Source of the DNA: Octopus vulgaris
Taxonomy: Eukaryota
Reading direction: 5' to 3'
DNA: 64,000 nucleotides
Assembly: GCA_951406725.2 (NCBI GenBank)
Contig: OX597836.1
Coordinates: 21,576,001 to 21,640,000 of the forward strand
Part shown: piece after piece, positions 1 through 14,027 of the stretch
Layout of the letters: each line of letters starts with the position of its first letter
How positions within the stretch are numbered: position 1 is the stretch's first letter
Notes under the pieces: generated by a model
Database searches by the model: none
What the model was told of the DNA's origin: nothing
Seen by the model: the letters and a program-made list of their open reading frames with translations, nothing else
Made by a program: the position numbers and the translations under genes

Positions 1-447
1 CTTGAATTGACCCAGTGGAAGTCTGTTTGCTCATGAACTCTAACCTACAATGGTTTTACAAATTGAACTTTGGACGTACTTTTGTGTGAAGGGAGTAAAA
101 AAAAAAAAAAACTTTTAAAAATATTTTTAGTCGTTTGATGTTTTATTTCATCTTAGTTTATTAGTTTTTTGGTAGCATGGCACGGTTTAGAATTTTTATG
201 AATTTTTATATCTTTTTAGTCGTTTATATTTACCTTTTTTGATAGGCCGTTCTATATCTGTATTTTATTCGTATATATATATATATATATATATATTTAC
301 CTTCTGTGTTTTTATGTATATGTATATATTTTTATGTGTCTAAGAACCATGGTGATATATTTATATATGATTAAAATGTTTGCGGTTTGGTGTTATATAA
401 AAAGTCGTCGACTCGAATTTGATGCTTGTTCTATGATCACTGTTTCG

Positions 448-844
<397 letters not shown>

Positions 845-999
845 ACATCAATCATCAAGGTTCATGTGAACGTGACAATCGGAATAGAGTGAAATTTCAG
901 CTTCGGATAAATAAATAAACACAATTATACGTTTGTTTATTTTTGGCTTTTTCTTTTATGGAACTACCCAGATACTCACAACGCGCGTGAGCGTGCGCA

Positions 1000-1038
<39 letters not shown>

Positions 1039-1129
1039 ACTCACATAATTTCACACACACAAATACATATAATTTGTGATACGTATACGAGTATTCTGTA
1101 ATATATTATTAACTGAAGGTTCATGATTT

Positions 1130-1168
1130 CCAGTACTCCGAGTTTCACATTTCCAATTATTCAGTTGG
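1130..1168 (-). ncRNA. Decayed minimal hammerhead-like motif
   Basis: Minus strand CCAA-CTGAATA-ATTGGAAATGT-GAAA-CTCGGAG-TA-CTGG; G8 mutated and stem I mismatched. Confidence 0.35.
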
Positions 1169-1523
1169 TAATCCGAGCTTGTTTTCTTATCTTCTGTTTG
1201 AATATGTTTCCAAATATTATATGAAAGCTATGAAGGAAATGCTTATCTTTACAGTTTATATATATATATATATATATATACAGACACACACATGCACAAG
1301 TGAGTAAACAGATGGCTTGGATAATACTGGCGGGGTATCCCCGTTGAGTGAAGTTATGAGCCATGAGTTGGGAGTATAATCTCCAAGTTATGGTCGTCAC
1401 TGCAGAGACGAAGGAACTTAGAGTATGACGTGAACAGTTTGGTGTGGGTAGGGTAGGAAGAGAAGTTGGAGGTAGGAATGAGAGTTTATAGGCTTGAAGT
1501 GAATGGCGGTGTATGTATATTGG

Positions 1524-1675
1524 GTTGGCTCTGTGGTAAGTAGCTTGCTTACCAACCACATGGTTCCGGATTCAGTTCCACTGCGTGGCTGGCACCTTGG
1601 ACTAGTGTCTTCTACTATAGCCTCGGGCCGACCAAAGCCTTGTGAGTGGATTTGGTAGACGGAAACTGAAAGTCG

Positions 1676-1745
<70 letters not shown>

Positions 1746-1957
1746 CGTTTGTGTGTCTGTGTTTGTCCCCCGAACATCGCTTGACAACCGATGCTGGTGT
1801 GTATACAGCCCTGTAACCTAGTGGTTCGGCAAAAGAAACCGATAGAATAAGTACTAGGCTTACAAAGAATAAGTCCTGGGGTCGATTTGGTTGACTAAAG
1901 GCGGTGCTCCAGCATGGCCACAGTCAAATGACTGAAACAAGGTAAAAGAGTAAAGAG
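1524..1957 (+). mobile_element. SINE family A (tRNA-derived head, CORE-like segment, internal (TA)n)
   Basis: A/B-box-like head, internal TA tract, tail GCATGGCCACAGTCAAATGACTGAAACAAG shared with about ten copies in the window. Confidence 0.85.
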
Positions 1958-1975
1958 TATATATATATATATATA

Positions 1976-2165
1976 TTCGTTTCAAATTTTGGCACAAGGC
2001 CAGCAAATTCAGGAGAGTGTATAAGTCGATTACATCGATCCCAGTGCTCAAATGGTACTAATTTTATCCACTCTTGAATGATGAAAGGTAAAATCCACCT
2101 GGGTGGAATTTGAACCCAGAACATAAAGACGGATGAAATGCCGCCAAGCATTTTGTAACAGCGTG
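1976..2165 (-). mobile_element. SINE family B, older subfamily fragment
   Basis: Degenerate match to GTCGATTACATCGACCCCAG...GAAAGG...GGAATTTGAAC. Confidence 0.7.
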
Positions 2166-2236
2166 TCCCTAAATATGTATTGCATGCTGTTGTCACACTG
2201 CAAACCAATGTAATTTTAAGTAAATTGTACAATACA

Positions 2237-2836
2237 TATTTCTTTACTACCCACAAGGGGCTAAACACAGAGAGGACAAACAAGGACAGACAAACGGATT
2301 AACTCGATTATATCGACCCCAGTGCGTAACTGGTACTTAATTTATCGACCCCGAAAGGATGAAAGGCAAAGTCGACCTCGGCGGAATTTGAACTCAGAAC
2401 GTAGCGGCAGACGAAATACCTATTTCTTTATTACCCACAAGGGGCTAAACATAGAGGAGACAAACATGGACAGACATAGGTATTAAGTCGATTACATCGA
2501 CCCCAGTGCTTAACTGGTACTTAATTTATCGACCCCGGAAGGATGAAAGGCAAAGTCGACCTCGGCGGAATTTGAACTCAGAACGTAGCGGCAGACGAAA
2601 TACCTATTTCTTTACTACCCACAAGGGGCTAAACACAGAGGGGACAAACAAGGACAGACATAGGTATTAAGCCGATTACATCGACCCCAGTGCGTAACTG
2701 GTACTTAATTTATCGACCCCGAAAGGATGAAAGGCAAAGTCGACCTCGGCGGAATTTGAACTCAGAACGTAGCGGCAGACGAAATACCGCTAAGCATTTC
2801 GCCCGGCGTGCTACCATTTCTGCCAACTCGCCGTCT
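2237..2836 (-). mobile_element. SINE family B tandem trimer (one head plus three 184-bp bodies) with 16-bp TSD
   Basis: Units at 2237-2420, 2421-2604 and 2605-2788; head 2789-2836; TSD TAAATTGTACAATACA at 2221-2236 and 2837-2852. Confidence 0.92.
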
Positions 2837-2920
2837 TAAATTGTACAATACAGAACAGCACTGTGTGCCTGTGTGTGTGTGTGTGTACATATGTGTGTTG
2901 GTATTAGTGTGAGAGTTGAT

Positions 2921-2961
<41 letters not shown>

Positions 2962-3471
2962 TGCGTGAATTTATGTTAGTGAGTGTGTGAGTGTTGGCGT
3001 GCGTTTTAGTGGGCGTATGATGAGTGCCGGTGTGCGTGTGGACGTATATGTGTTAGTGAGTGTGTGCCTGAGTGTGTGGTGATGTGTATGTGTATATGTA
3101 TATGTGTGTTAGTGTGTAGTCAGAACGTAACGATGTTTCTTAATTTCCAACCATTCGCCCCCCCCCCCCCCCGCGCCGCCCCTCCTGGGAAAACGCAACT
3201 CTACCCACCCGTCAACCGTTCCGGTTACTCCTACCCTATCCTGCTGTCTAATTGATTCTGCAGTAAAATCTTCTAAAACTCTGCCAACGGGGTGGTCTCA
3301 TCTTCTACTATCTCCACAGTTTAATCATGGCTGCTGGCTGGCAGAATCGGTGGAGCATCAGGCGAAATATATCATAGCATTATCTCAGGTGTCTTAATAG
3401 TCTGTCCTGATTTCAAATTCCGCTTAAGCTCACACATACCATTTATCCTTCCGAGGCCTGATATGACTCAA

Positions 3472-3818
3472 CTAGCAGCATAGCCCGGCGTTGCCCGGGT
3501 ATGTAAGGCGTCCCCTAGACAGTCTGTGGTTTGTGTTTAATACACAAATCGGTTTGCCATGTGTGCCACGCATATGAAAAGCTTAGATTCTCGACCCCAT
3601 GTCGAATTTATCGATCTTTTTCAGAACTGGGGGAACTTTTCAAAATTTTCCCTGCGTTAGTTTTGAATTATGATATTGGGCTATGTGTGTGTCAAGTTTC
3701 ATCAGAATCGGTTGAAAGCCGTGGTCAGGGTGAGGGTACAACCTGACAGACACACAGACACACAGACAGACAAACAGACACACAGACAGACAAACTGCCG
3801 TTTATATATATAGAGAGA
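3472..3818 (-). mobile_element. Non-autonomous Helitron
   Basis: Minus strand 5'-TC start, subterminal hairpin CCCGG-GCAACG-CCGGG, 3'-CTAG, inserted between A and T with no TSD. Confidence 0.88.
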
Positions 3819-3819
3819 T

Positions 3820-4340
3820 GAAGGCTGTGTCTTTTCGTTGTCGCACCACATGCTTGAAATAGCAACCAAATTTTTCCTCATTTCAAAGACCACTATCTTT
3901 CTTAATTTTTGTAGTAAAGAAAGACCACATTGAATAACCTGGTCCTGGGCACACTGTGTTCAGGGTAGGAGCATACTGGACAGGATGATCACAGCTGGAG
4001 CGCCATTGACTATATTATTATGGTGGTGTTGCTTAACAAAATCATTAGCAGCGACACCACCACCGCTTTGAGTCAATGAAGGCCGCAATCTCTCCGTAAT
4101 CGTTCGACATGCTTGAAATAGCCACCAAATTTTTCCTGAAATCAAACTCTGCCATCTTTTAAAAAAATTTTGTTGTAAAGAAAGACCGTATTAAACAACC
4201 TGATCCAGGACACGCTGTGTTTAAGGTAGAGAAATATAAGACAGGATGATCATGGCTGGAACGCCATTGACCATATTATAATGGTGGTGTTGTTTAACAT
4301 TATTTTTAACAAAACCACCAGCAGTGGCACCACCACCACT
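3820..4340 (-). repeat. Old SINE-like family F, locally duplicated in tandem (period about 260 bp)
   Basis: ACATGCTTGAAATAGC..CCAAATTTTT..GAAAGACC..CGCCATTGAC..ATGGTGGTGTTG occurs twice; the GAAATAGCAGC motif or its complement recurs near 16945, 19447, 30343, 50785 and 61503. Confidence 0.6.
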
Positions 4341-4419
4341 GTCACTACAAAACCCATTCCCTTAAATTACTGAACATAACTGTCTCTAATCTTATGATCA
4401 CAACATCGACCTTATGCGG

Positions 4420-4576
4420 AAGACCAGTTCGTTGCGGGGTTGCTCGCTTACAGCTGAATGGACTGGAGAAACGTGAAAATGACTGGTTTTGCTCGTGACC
4501 ACAACGCAACGCCCGGTCCGGGAATCGAAACCAAGATCTTGCGATCGTGAGTGCAACACCCTAACCACTTGGCCAC
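4420..4576 (-). mobile_element. SINE family C fragment
   Basis: Degenerate reverse complement of the head and central domain of the 42373 copy. Confidence 0.65.
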
Positions 4577-4607
4577 TAAATCCCGTTCAAGGAGAATGTT
4601 GTCATCT

Positions 4608-4913
4608 TCACTCTTTTACTCTCTTTTACTTGTTTCACTCATTAGACCGCGGCCATGCTGGGGCACCATCTTGAAGAATTACGGGGACGTTAACACACCA
4701 ACACCGGTTGTTAAGCAGTGGTGGGGGCAAACACAGAAACACACACATACACGACTGGCTTCTTTCAGTTTCCGTCTACCAAATCCATTTACAAGGCTTG
4801 GGTCAGCCCGAGGCTATAATAGAAGACACTTCCCACAGTTTCCACGCAGTGGAATTGAAATCGGGACTATGTGACTCGGAAGCAAGTTTCTCACCACACA
4901 GCCAAATCTGTGC
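4608..4913 (-). mobile_element. SINE family A, degenerate
   Basis: Reverse-complement match to family A head and tail. Confidence 0.8.
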
Positions 4914-4969
4914 AAACCGGGTGACCGGCCCTATGAATTCTATTGCTTAAGACAGTAACGTCTAGGGTT

Positions 4970-5054
4970 TGAGGATAATGATGATGACGATAATGACAGT
5001 GAGGATGATGATGGCGATGATGACAACGATAATGATGATGATGACGACGACGAC

Positions 5055-5108
<54 letters not shown>

Positions 5109-5115
5109 AATGATA

Positions 5116-5158
<43 letters not shown>

Positions 5159-5160
5159 GG
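4970..5160. repeat. (ATG)n microsatellite
   Basis: Directly visible. Confidence 0.97.
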
Positions 5161-5351
5161 GTGATCTTAAAATGGACTGTCGAAATGATCACAGAAAGCT
5201 GTATTGTAAACATTAGACACCGGTTTTAAAACCACCCAACGGACTCCCGAAGAAAAGAATTTCAGCAGACTGATGGATTTAACAAAGGAGGCCAGAACAA
5301 ATACTACTAATACTCTAGCGATTCTACCAATTCATCAGGGCAGGCTAAAAC

Positions 5352-5742
5352 TCTCTCTATATAAAGCTGAAGTTGTCTGTTTATGGCAGGTTTGGTAGCC
5401 TTCAACTAACACTATCTCCTCCGAGACCCTGCGGCGCAAGTTGACCAAAATTGAAAGTATGATAAAAGAAGGCTTGCTCTTCTTTCCGTAGAAGAAAAAA
5501 TTCAAATCGGACCATGTTAACACCAACAATTCTTTACATCAAAAAGGTGCCTTTTTTCTATGAAAATCCCTATTTTTTTACGACTTTTTGACTGCTATGT
5601 CGCCATTATTCGGTGTATTTCAACCAGAAAAATGTTTACTTAAAGAGAATAACAAGCTACATAATGCAAAATTTTTACTTTTCAAAAATTCCAATTCTAA
5701 AGGGTCGAAACAAACCCGAGCAACGCCGGGCGATACTGCTAG
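5352..5742 (+). mobile_element. Non-autonomous Helitron
   Basis: TCTCTCTATATAAAG start; end CCCGAGCAACGCCGGGCGATACTGCTAG followed by T. Confidence 0.85.
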
Positions 5743-6131
5743 TAATTCATAAGTCGCTTGAAGTCATGGAATTTGATTTATTTGCAGCTGGATTTTGATA
5801 TAGGGAACGACGTTCCTCATATAAGACACATCGTTAACATAATCTAAACTTGGTTATGACGTAGATATTTAAACAGACACGCATATATTATTGGCACAAC
5901 TTTTATCTATCAGTTACACATTTGACTAGAGATTTCAACACAAGCAAACTGTTTATTTATTCGTATCTTTCTTGCGTTACCAATCACGGTCCACATAGAG
6001 ATATGTGTTACATAAGGTGTTGGCGTATAGCTGTTTAACCTATGGTCATTCTTGATCGAGAAACTCTATCATAATCATCCCATGGTTTTTTTCTTAAACA
6101 TAGTGTACACGGTCTTCGTCATGCAATGCGC

Positions 6132-6199
<68 letters not shown>

Positions 6200-6201
<2 letters not shown>

Positions 6202-6420
6202 AACGGGAAGGTTTACGAAAATAAACAAAAGACGAAGGCAGGTGGAGTACAAACAAACAAATGTATTAGTATGGCGCTCAGGAATATAAATAGAACAAGT
6301 CTTTTACGTTTCGAGCCTACGCTCTTCGACAGAAAGATACACAGAAAAAAAAAACAAGGAGAGAAACAAGGAGAGAAACAAGGAGAGAAAAAAATGCGTG
6401 TAGGAGCTAACGATCTATCA
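6200..6420 (-). mobile_element. Short Penelope-like fragment with minimal hammerhead (family H2) between (TA)n tracts
   Basis: Minus strand 6337-6300: TCTTT-CTGTCGA-A-GAGC-GTAG-GCTC-GAAA-CG-TA-AAAGA; related copies near 47050-47215 (+) and 61890-62005 (-). Confidence 0.65.
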
Positions 6421-7616
6421 TATATATATATATATATATCGAGTGGTTTGAGGGAGATGTGGCTGTTGTTTTTAGTAAGTGGAGGCGACCACGCATGGAG
6501 CACCCTCAATGGCTCATTACCCAGCGTGGTGCTAAATAGATAAGCGTTTACCTCAGACGGAGCTGTATCATAAGTTTCTTACATAAACAAGATCTCTAAC
6601 AGACGTGATTTTCAGTAATAGCTATAACACTGATATAAATCATAGAGACTTAATACTATAATCACAAAAAACGACTTTAACAGAAGCGGCAGGAGGAGAG
6701 GATGAGCTGTAACGTGAGACCTTAAACAGAATGCACTTTAACATACATATTAACTTTCACACAAATAGATTTGCAGAAACGAACACAATACAATACTATT
6801 GCCAAGTTAGAAACTGGTCATGGTGGTCAAGGCTTCAAATTCACAGGGACTTTATCTCCCCAGGAGTCGCTTTAACATATGAAATAATGATGACGGCGCT
6901 CTGTAACACAGAATTTTAATTAGACAAGATTTCAATGCAGATAAGATTTCAACACAGCTCTTTACAGATACGTATTGTATGAGCTTCTACTCGCACAGAA
7001 AGCAAACTGCATTTTTAGAAGAGATTCGCTTGTGATGACGGCAGACGATCTACTATAATGGCCTTTAACAAACAAGGCTTTACACCGATAACGTCGCCAC
7101 CATCTGAATTATTGCGTTAGGTGAGAGAGAGGAGGAAAGAAACGGCAGCTCGGTATATATATATATTAATATATATGTTGATGTATATGTTAATATATAT
7201 GTTAATGCGTTTTCATGATATAAACAGAAGTGTTCTATTGTCTGGTGAAAGAAATACGATACTTTCATCTCTTTCTGGGTTTGTGTATCTGCAATATGCA
7301 ATATGTATATTTGCATCATTAGCGTTTGTATAGCAGCTCGGTCAATGTACTTATGTTTGTTTATCACTATGTGTGTTTCTTTATATTCTATTTGTACAAA
7401 ATGATTTATTCGGATTTGTAGTTTGTTCAAGCCATCATGGCTGCTTCGGTTCGCTCACAAATCTATTTTAACGGCCACATTCAACAATTCAGACCCGATT
7501 GTTTTGCTTTGTTGTTGTGTCCCTCTGCCGTCCCTGTTCCGTTTCTGTGTCCTAGTTCATCTGTCTCATATTACGTGAACAAAATTTGCGTACCAATGCG
7601 CACGCGCATGTGTGTA

Positions 7617-7661
<45 letters not shown>

Positions 7662-7774
7662 ATGTGCATATATATATATATATATGCACATGCACATATA
7701 TATATATGAATATACATATATATATATATATATGTGTGTGTGTATGTGCATATATATATATATCTATCTATATA

Positions 7775-7822
<48 letters not shown>

Positions 7823-7851
7823 TATATATACACATATATATACATATATAT

Positions 7852-7924
<73 letters not shown>

Positions 7925-8082
7925 CATATGGATATGCATACTTATACAGATGTTATATGTATGTTTATTCGTAGAGATATATATGTACATACTACACACA
8001 TACACATACGCACATACACATATATGTATATATGTGTGTGTGCCTATGTATATTTTGTGTATGTACATGTGTATACTTGTGT

Positions 8083-8137
<55 letters not shown>

Positions 8138-8855
8138 GGATGGGTGTGTTTATAAGTAGGTGTTGGGTGCTAAGGCAGTCCTCTATGTTAAGTGTTTCTA
8201 TGAAAGTATGCGTAAGTAACCGCGAGGGAAAATACACTGCATACATCTTGAGTGTGTGCAGCAGCCGAAACATTCACGCCATATGCGAGCAGGTTAGCTA
8301 GCATGCATGCATGCGTGCACACACATGCATTTCAGTATACACACATAGTACTTACATGCGTTCACACACTTGTTCCACACACTTCCACACATATACACAC
8401 TCTTTCCCACTCATTCTCACATACACTCATTACATACAAACACACACAATCCACAAAGACACACGCCCACATCCACATACATACATACACACACTCACAC
8501 ACAGAAACACGCACGCACACAAACACACATACGCACACAAAAACACATACACACCCACACAGACACAGGCACACACACACACACACGCCACATACATATA
8601 CGCGCGCGTGCGGGCTCACGTTTTTACATCAGAAGTAAAAAAAAAAGCAATTAGATCCTCCGTCGCTTTCGGGGATGACTATCTCAGGAGTTCGATCATG
8701 TGAAATAATCGACTCAGTCAATTATTGTGCGAAAGAGATGACGAATTATTGCACATACATTTAAACTTTTGCCGTAAACATGTCGTCAGTTACTTGGTTG
8801 CGGTGAAATTAAAATGTATGTATGTATGTAGTATTATATGTAGTATTATATGTAG

Positions 8856-8900
<45 letters not shown>

Positions 8901-8901
8901 C

Positions 8902-9233
<332 letters not shown>

Positions 9234-9310
9234 GGCTTCGAATGATTTGTCTGTGTTCCGTGTTCGTCCCTTCCTGTATTTCACGTTCTTTATATATAAA
9301 AACATTTATT

Positions 9311-9348
<38 letters not shown>

Positions 9349-9466
9349 TATACAGTAGTAACAGAATAGAGGAATTTCGATTATCCCCACATGGTGATTT
9401 GTAATTATATAAGAAATTAAAAAAGGAAAATACGCACACTTACATAGTTTTAAAATAATTTTTAAT

Positions 9467-9501
9467 ATATCGACCGGTTTCGCTATCGCTATTCATGATA
9501 T
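9467..9501 (-). ncRNA. Decayed minimal hammerhead-like motif
   Basis: ATATC-ATGAATA-GCGATAGC-GAAA-CCGG-TC-GATAT: 5-bp stem I, palindromic ACCGGT stem III, two core substitutions. Confidence 0.4.
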
Positions 9502-9571
9502 TATGTTTTACTTATTTGAATATATATTTTTTCTTAAGAAGAAATTTTGTCCATGTTGTGTGTGATGAAAT

Positions 9572-9681
<110 letters not shown>

Positions 9682-10490
9682 AATTTATACTGCAAGTAGT
9701 TGAGTATAGCACAGGCTTTAGCCTCATACTTTTCTGTCTCCCCTTCTTCACTTACTCCTCCTTTCTTTGTATCCTATACTTCTTATCCTACCTTTGACCT
9801 CCTCTTTCTTCTCCCCTCCTTCAGTTACTCCCTTCTCTCAGTCTTTTATACTTTCCCTTTCCAACCTTTAACCTCTTACTCTTCTTTCTCCCCCTTCTTC
9901 ACGTATCCTCTCTCTTAATCTCTTGTACTCACTCTTTCCCACCATTAACTTCTTACTCTTCCTTCCCCTCCTTTTTCACGTGCTCCCTTCTCTCAGTCGC
10001 TTATACTCTCTCCTCCTCACTATTAATCTCCTTTCTTCTCTACCTTCAATTACTCCTGTCTCTTTGTCTTATACACCCTATCCTTTCATCTACATTTTTT
10101 GTTCTGTTCCACGTCCTGCCTTTATTCCTTACCGCCTCTCCAGCACCTCCTCTCCACCACCGCTTCTCCACTTCTTTCTTCTGGTGTGTTTCATACCATA
10201 TAATAACGAGTGATATACACTTTATATAAACACTACTCCCACCAATACCAGACGCACTCACACACACGCACACACACATACATACACACACACACACACA
10301 TATGCAGAAACTTGCACATATGCCCGTACGTATAAACTGATACATCAGTTTGTATATCCCACATGCATACATACGCACGCGCACGCGCGCACACACAAAC
10401 ATATACAGTAACATCCATTTATATACCTACATCGAAATACGCACAGACACTCATGCACACATACGCGCACATACATTTACACACGCAGAT

Positions 10491-10521
<31 letters not shown>

Positions 10522-10690
10522 AATATATATGGGCTCATATAAACACCTATAAACACACACATATACACACACACACACATACGCACGCGCACACACAAGA
10601 CTCTCAGCCGCCTGCATCTTAAATATCTCCAGATGGTATCTGATTGCCAGAGATGTCGAAGATAAGCAACGGAGGAAAGGAAGGTACATT

Positions 10691-10726
<36 letters not shown>

Positions 10727-11109
10727 CAGTAGCAGCAGCAGCAGCAGTACTACGTTGTTGTGGCGATGGTAGCGATGGTAGTGGTAATAGCTGGGATGCT
10801 GGACGACTGTGATGGAATTGGTGTCGATTTTCTTTATTCTTTGATAGTATGGCTGGTTGCTGGCGGTGCTTAACCAGATGGCACAAGCTGCCGTAGTAGT
10901 AGTAGTAGTAGTAGTAGTAGTTCTTGTAGTAGTAGTAGTAGTTCTAGTAGTAGTAGTTATTTTTGTTGTCGCTATTGTGGTTGAATCCCCAGGCCTGCCC
11001 TAATAGAGCAGACGAAATAAGCACCCGGCGTAATAGTTTTAATCCCCCATCCTTTCCCCCGCCCAAATCTCAAAGCTAAACAATTTTGCTTCGGAATTCA
11101 CCCCAGTAA

Positions 11110-11335
11110 CGATATTGGTTCTGAGCTACCTAGCTTCAGAATATCTGCGTCCTGCATGGCCTAGGAGGCTAAATGCCGCCATATAAGATTCGTGGATACT
11201 GTCGCTAATGAAATGTGCCGACATAAAATGATAATCTCGGACTTTTTTACTTTTAGTTATCTTTACTTCTTGGATGGCGTTTCTCCACCTGACAATAGGA
11301 AGAATGTTGTTATCAGTAAATATGATAAACAATAC
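11110..11335 (-). pseudogene. Possible decayed THAP-domain-like remnant
   Basis: LFIIFTDNNILPIVRWRNAIQ...MSAHFISDS...LLG..RR then frameshift ILKLG resembles THAP F-x-FP...W-x-x-AI...CS-x-HF...LK-x-x-AVP; the cysteines are missing. Confidence 0.3.
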
Positions 11336-11472
11336 ATATACAATCAGTTATTTTCCCCATGGGAAGTCATGTGAAGATGTTCCTAGAGTGCATTCACTTA
11401 AAGGTAAAAATAACTCTCACAGTAGAACAGAGATGCAACTCAGAGTAACTGTATATACTGGTTCATATAATG

Positions 11473-11869
11473 CAATGGTTCTCAGCCATCTTCTGCCTAT
11501 AAATCCCTTTGTTCTATTGGACTCTAATAAACATTCAATGTTTAAAAAAGCTCTATTATACTTTTATAATTAAATAGAGTCAAGACTATTGAAAAGGTTG
11601 CAAGACGCAACGAAAATTTTAGGAAAATAAAAATAAGAAATAAGTGGAAATTTTACCGGTGAGTGTGTTACATTATAAGGCACAAAAAGAAAATGACTCT
11701 CCCCAGACACAACAGAATATGCTCCAACACACGAACTCATATAAAGAATCTTGCAAACCAAATCCCAAACCGAAATATTATTAAAGAATTGTGTAAAAAA
11801 ATATTTTGTATAATGTAGAAGTAAAAGTAATTTATTGCTTATACGTGGATCCCGGTTAAAAAACCACTG
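11473..11869. mobile_element. hAT-type MITE with a nested hammerhead-bearing fragment (about 11580-11790)
   Basis: Termini CAATGGTTCTCAGCC and GGTTAAAAAACCACTG; 8-bp TSD ATATAATG/ATATAGTG; same family as 14666-14991. Confidence 0.7.
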
Positions 11870-13173
11870 ATATAGTGCTACGAAGCTGACCATTTCATAA
11901 GATGGTCAGTATCATCACCAATGTCTTTTATAGTGATCCCCCGCTTTCATTTGTCCGAAATATTCTGTCGGAGAAAGTAGTGGTGGAGGTGTTAAACCGG
12001 ATGGCGGATTAAGTATATTACCAATAGGCACCAGAGACTTGGTCTTCATGCAAGATGTCAGGACGTAGTTTTTCAATAAGTCATATTCATATAAAATGCT
12101 TAAAATGACCGTCTCAGATACAGTAATATTAATTGAATACATCTGTTGTCTGTAATTAAAAGGGATGATGCATTGCCAGCAGAGACAAATATATTGATGA
12201 AAAATATCTATTATATGAATATCAAGCAAATACGAAGAACGAGATTAAAATCGAAAAAAGCTTTTAGATATTTCTGAATAATTTGTCTGCATATAGTTGT
12301 GGAAAAAGATGGCACCAGAAAAAAAAAATTAATAAAAAGACTCGAAATTGACGTGGAGTCAGTGGAGATGTATGAATCGACTCCTTGTTAGATTCAGCCT
12401 AAACCTAGATACTAAGTGCAGCATCGGACGTAATGTCGAATCTTCTACTTCTGTGACTCCGAAACTGTTGAAATCACGAGATATTGAAGATAAGGTGATA
12501 TCGTACGTCTCTTTTGGGGTCACGTCCAGCGTTGCAGAAGCAGCAGCAGCAGCGGCAGCAGCACCAGTAACAGCCTTCGTGGACCTCTGTTGTTGTTTCT
12601 GTTTGGCTGTGCAGAAAGTTTCAGACAACCATTGCTACCTCATGTGCCGCAGCTAGGCTTTCTAGCCTGAACGACAAGCAAAACGACAAATGTCCTTTCG
12701 GCGCTCCCTACAGGGCAAAAAAAAAAAAAAAAAAAAAAAACCACTGGCCCATATTGTGCCACGAAAATAACCGCCAGCTAAGGGGTCAGTATCATCATGA
12801 ATGACTTTTACTACGACTTTCGCGTTCATTTGTCTGAAAAATTCTGTGGGACTAAGTGGGATTCTGTGGGATGAAGGTGTTGAATTGGATGACGGATGAA
12901 ATCTATCACTAATAAACAAAACTAGTTCTCCTTCCGTCGAGGTTCCGCACAGTAGAGTGTCACATGACAAATGATAGCGACAGTAGTCCATCCGATCAAT
13001 TTTATGTTGCATAAATCGAGCTGGAGTATGTTACACAGTTTTAAATCATATTACCTTCAGTTTATGTTAGTTTAAATTACGAGATAATGAAATCTGTACG
13101 TTTGACGTGGTTTAATAGGCTTCTGCTTTATCGAAATATTGAAACATTTCTCTTCAATTATCTGTCTCAGTTT

Positions 13174-13255
<82 letters not shown>

Positions 13256-13647
13256 CAATTGCAGCGTGCAAGGTGTTTGTAAGCCATTTATATATAAATA
13301 TAAATATATATATATCTGTTCTCTGTTCTCTGTTCTCATCTGTCCATTCTCTCTTATTCTCTTCTATTTTTCTTTCCCTGATATTCTACCGCTGGAATCT
13401 TTGCGTACACATACTTTTCCATTATTTCATCAACGATACGAAATTTAAATTGCTGTTTATCCTAATAGCTCTTAATTTAGATAACTTTTTTTCTCCAAGT
13501 GCCAACCTACCATTCATCCACACAACCATCAGTCCCTCAATTCATCAATCAGTGTGTCCATCCCTCCATCCCTCCATCGATCCATCCATCCGTCATCATC
13601 ATCATCATTTAAAATACAAGATGACTACACTTCCCAAAACTTTTGAA

Positions 13648-13715
<68 letters not shown>

Positions 13716-13727
13716 TGATGATGATGG

Positions 13728-13852
13728 TTTCAAATTTTGCCACAAGGGCAGCAGCTTGGGGGAGGAGATGAGTCGATTACATCGGCCCCAGTATTTAACT
13801 GGTACTTAATTTATCGACCCTGAAAGGATGAAAGGCAAAGTCAACCTCGTCG

Positions 13853-13855
<3 letters not shown>
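13728..13855 (-). mobile_element. SINE family B fragment between (AAT)n tracts
   Basis: GGTACTTAATTTATCGACCCTGAAAGGATGAAAGGCAAAGTC motif. Confidence 0.8.
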
Positions 13856-13905
<50 letters not shown>

Positions 13906-13969
13906 GCAATAATAATAATTAATAATAATAATGATAATAACAATAATAATTAATAATAATAATAATAAC

Positions 13970-14024
<55 letters not shown>

Positions 14025-14027
<3 letters not shown>

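Noticed and set aside
2237-2788. CRISPR-like or satellite array
   Set aside because: The 184-bp units have no unique spacers; it is a SINE concatemer in a eukaryotic context
8645-8700. Possible RTE-type LINE 3' tip on the minus strand
   Set aside because: Too short and single-copy in this window to call
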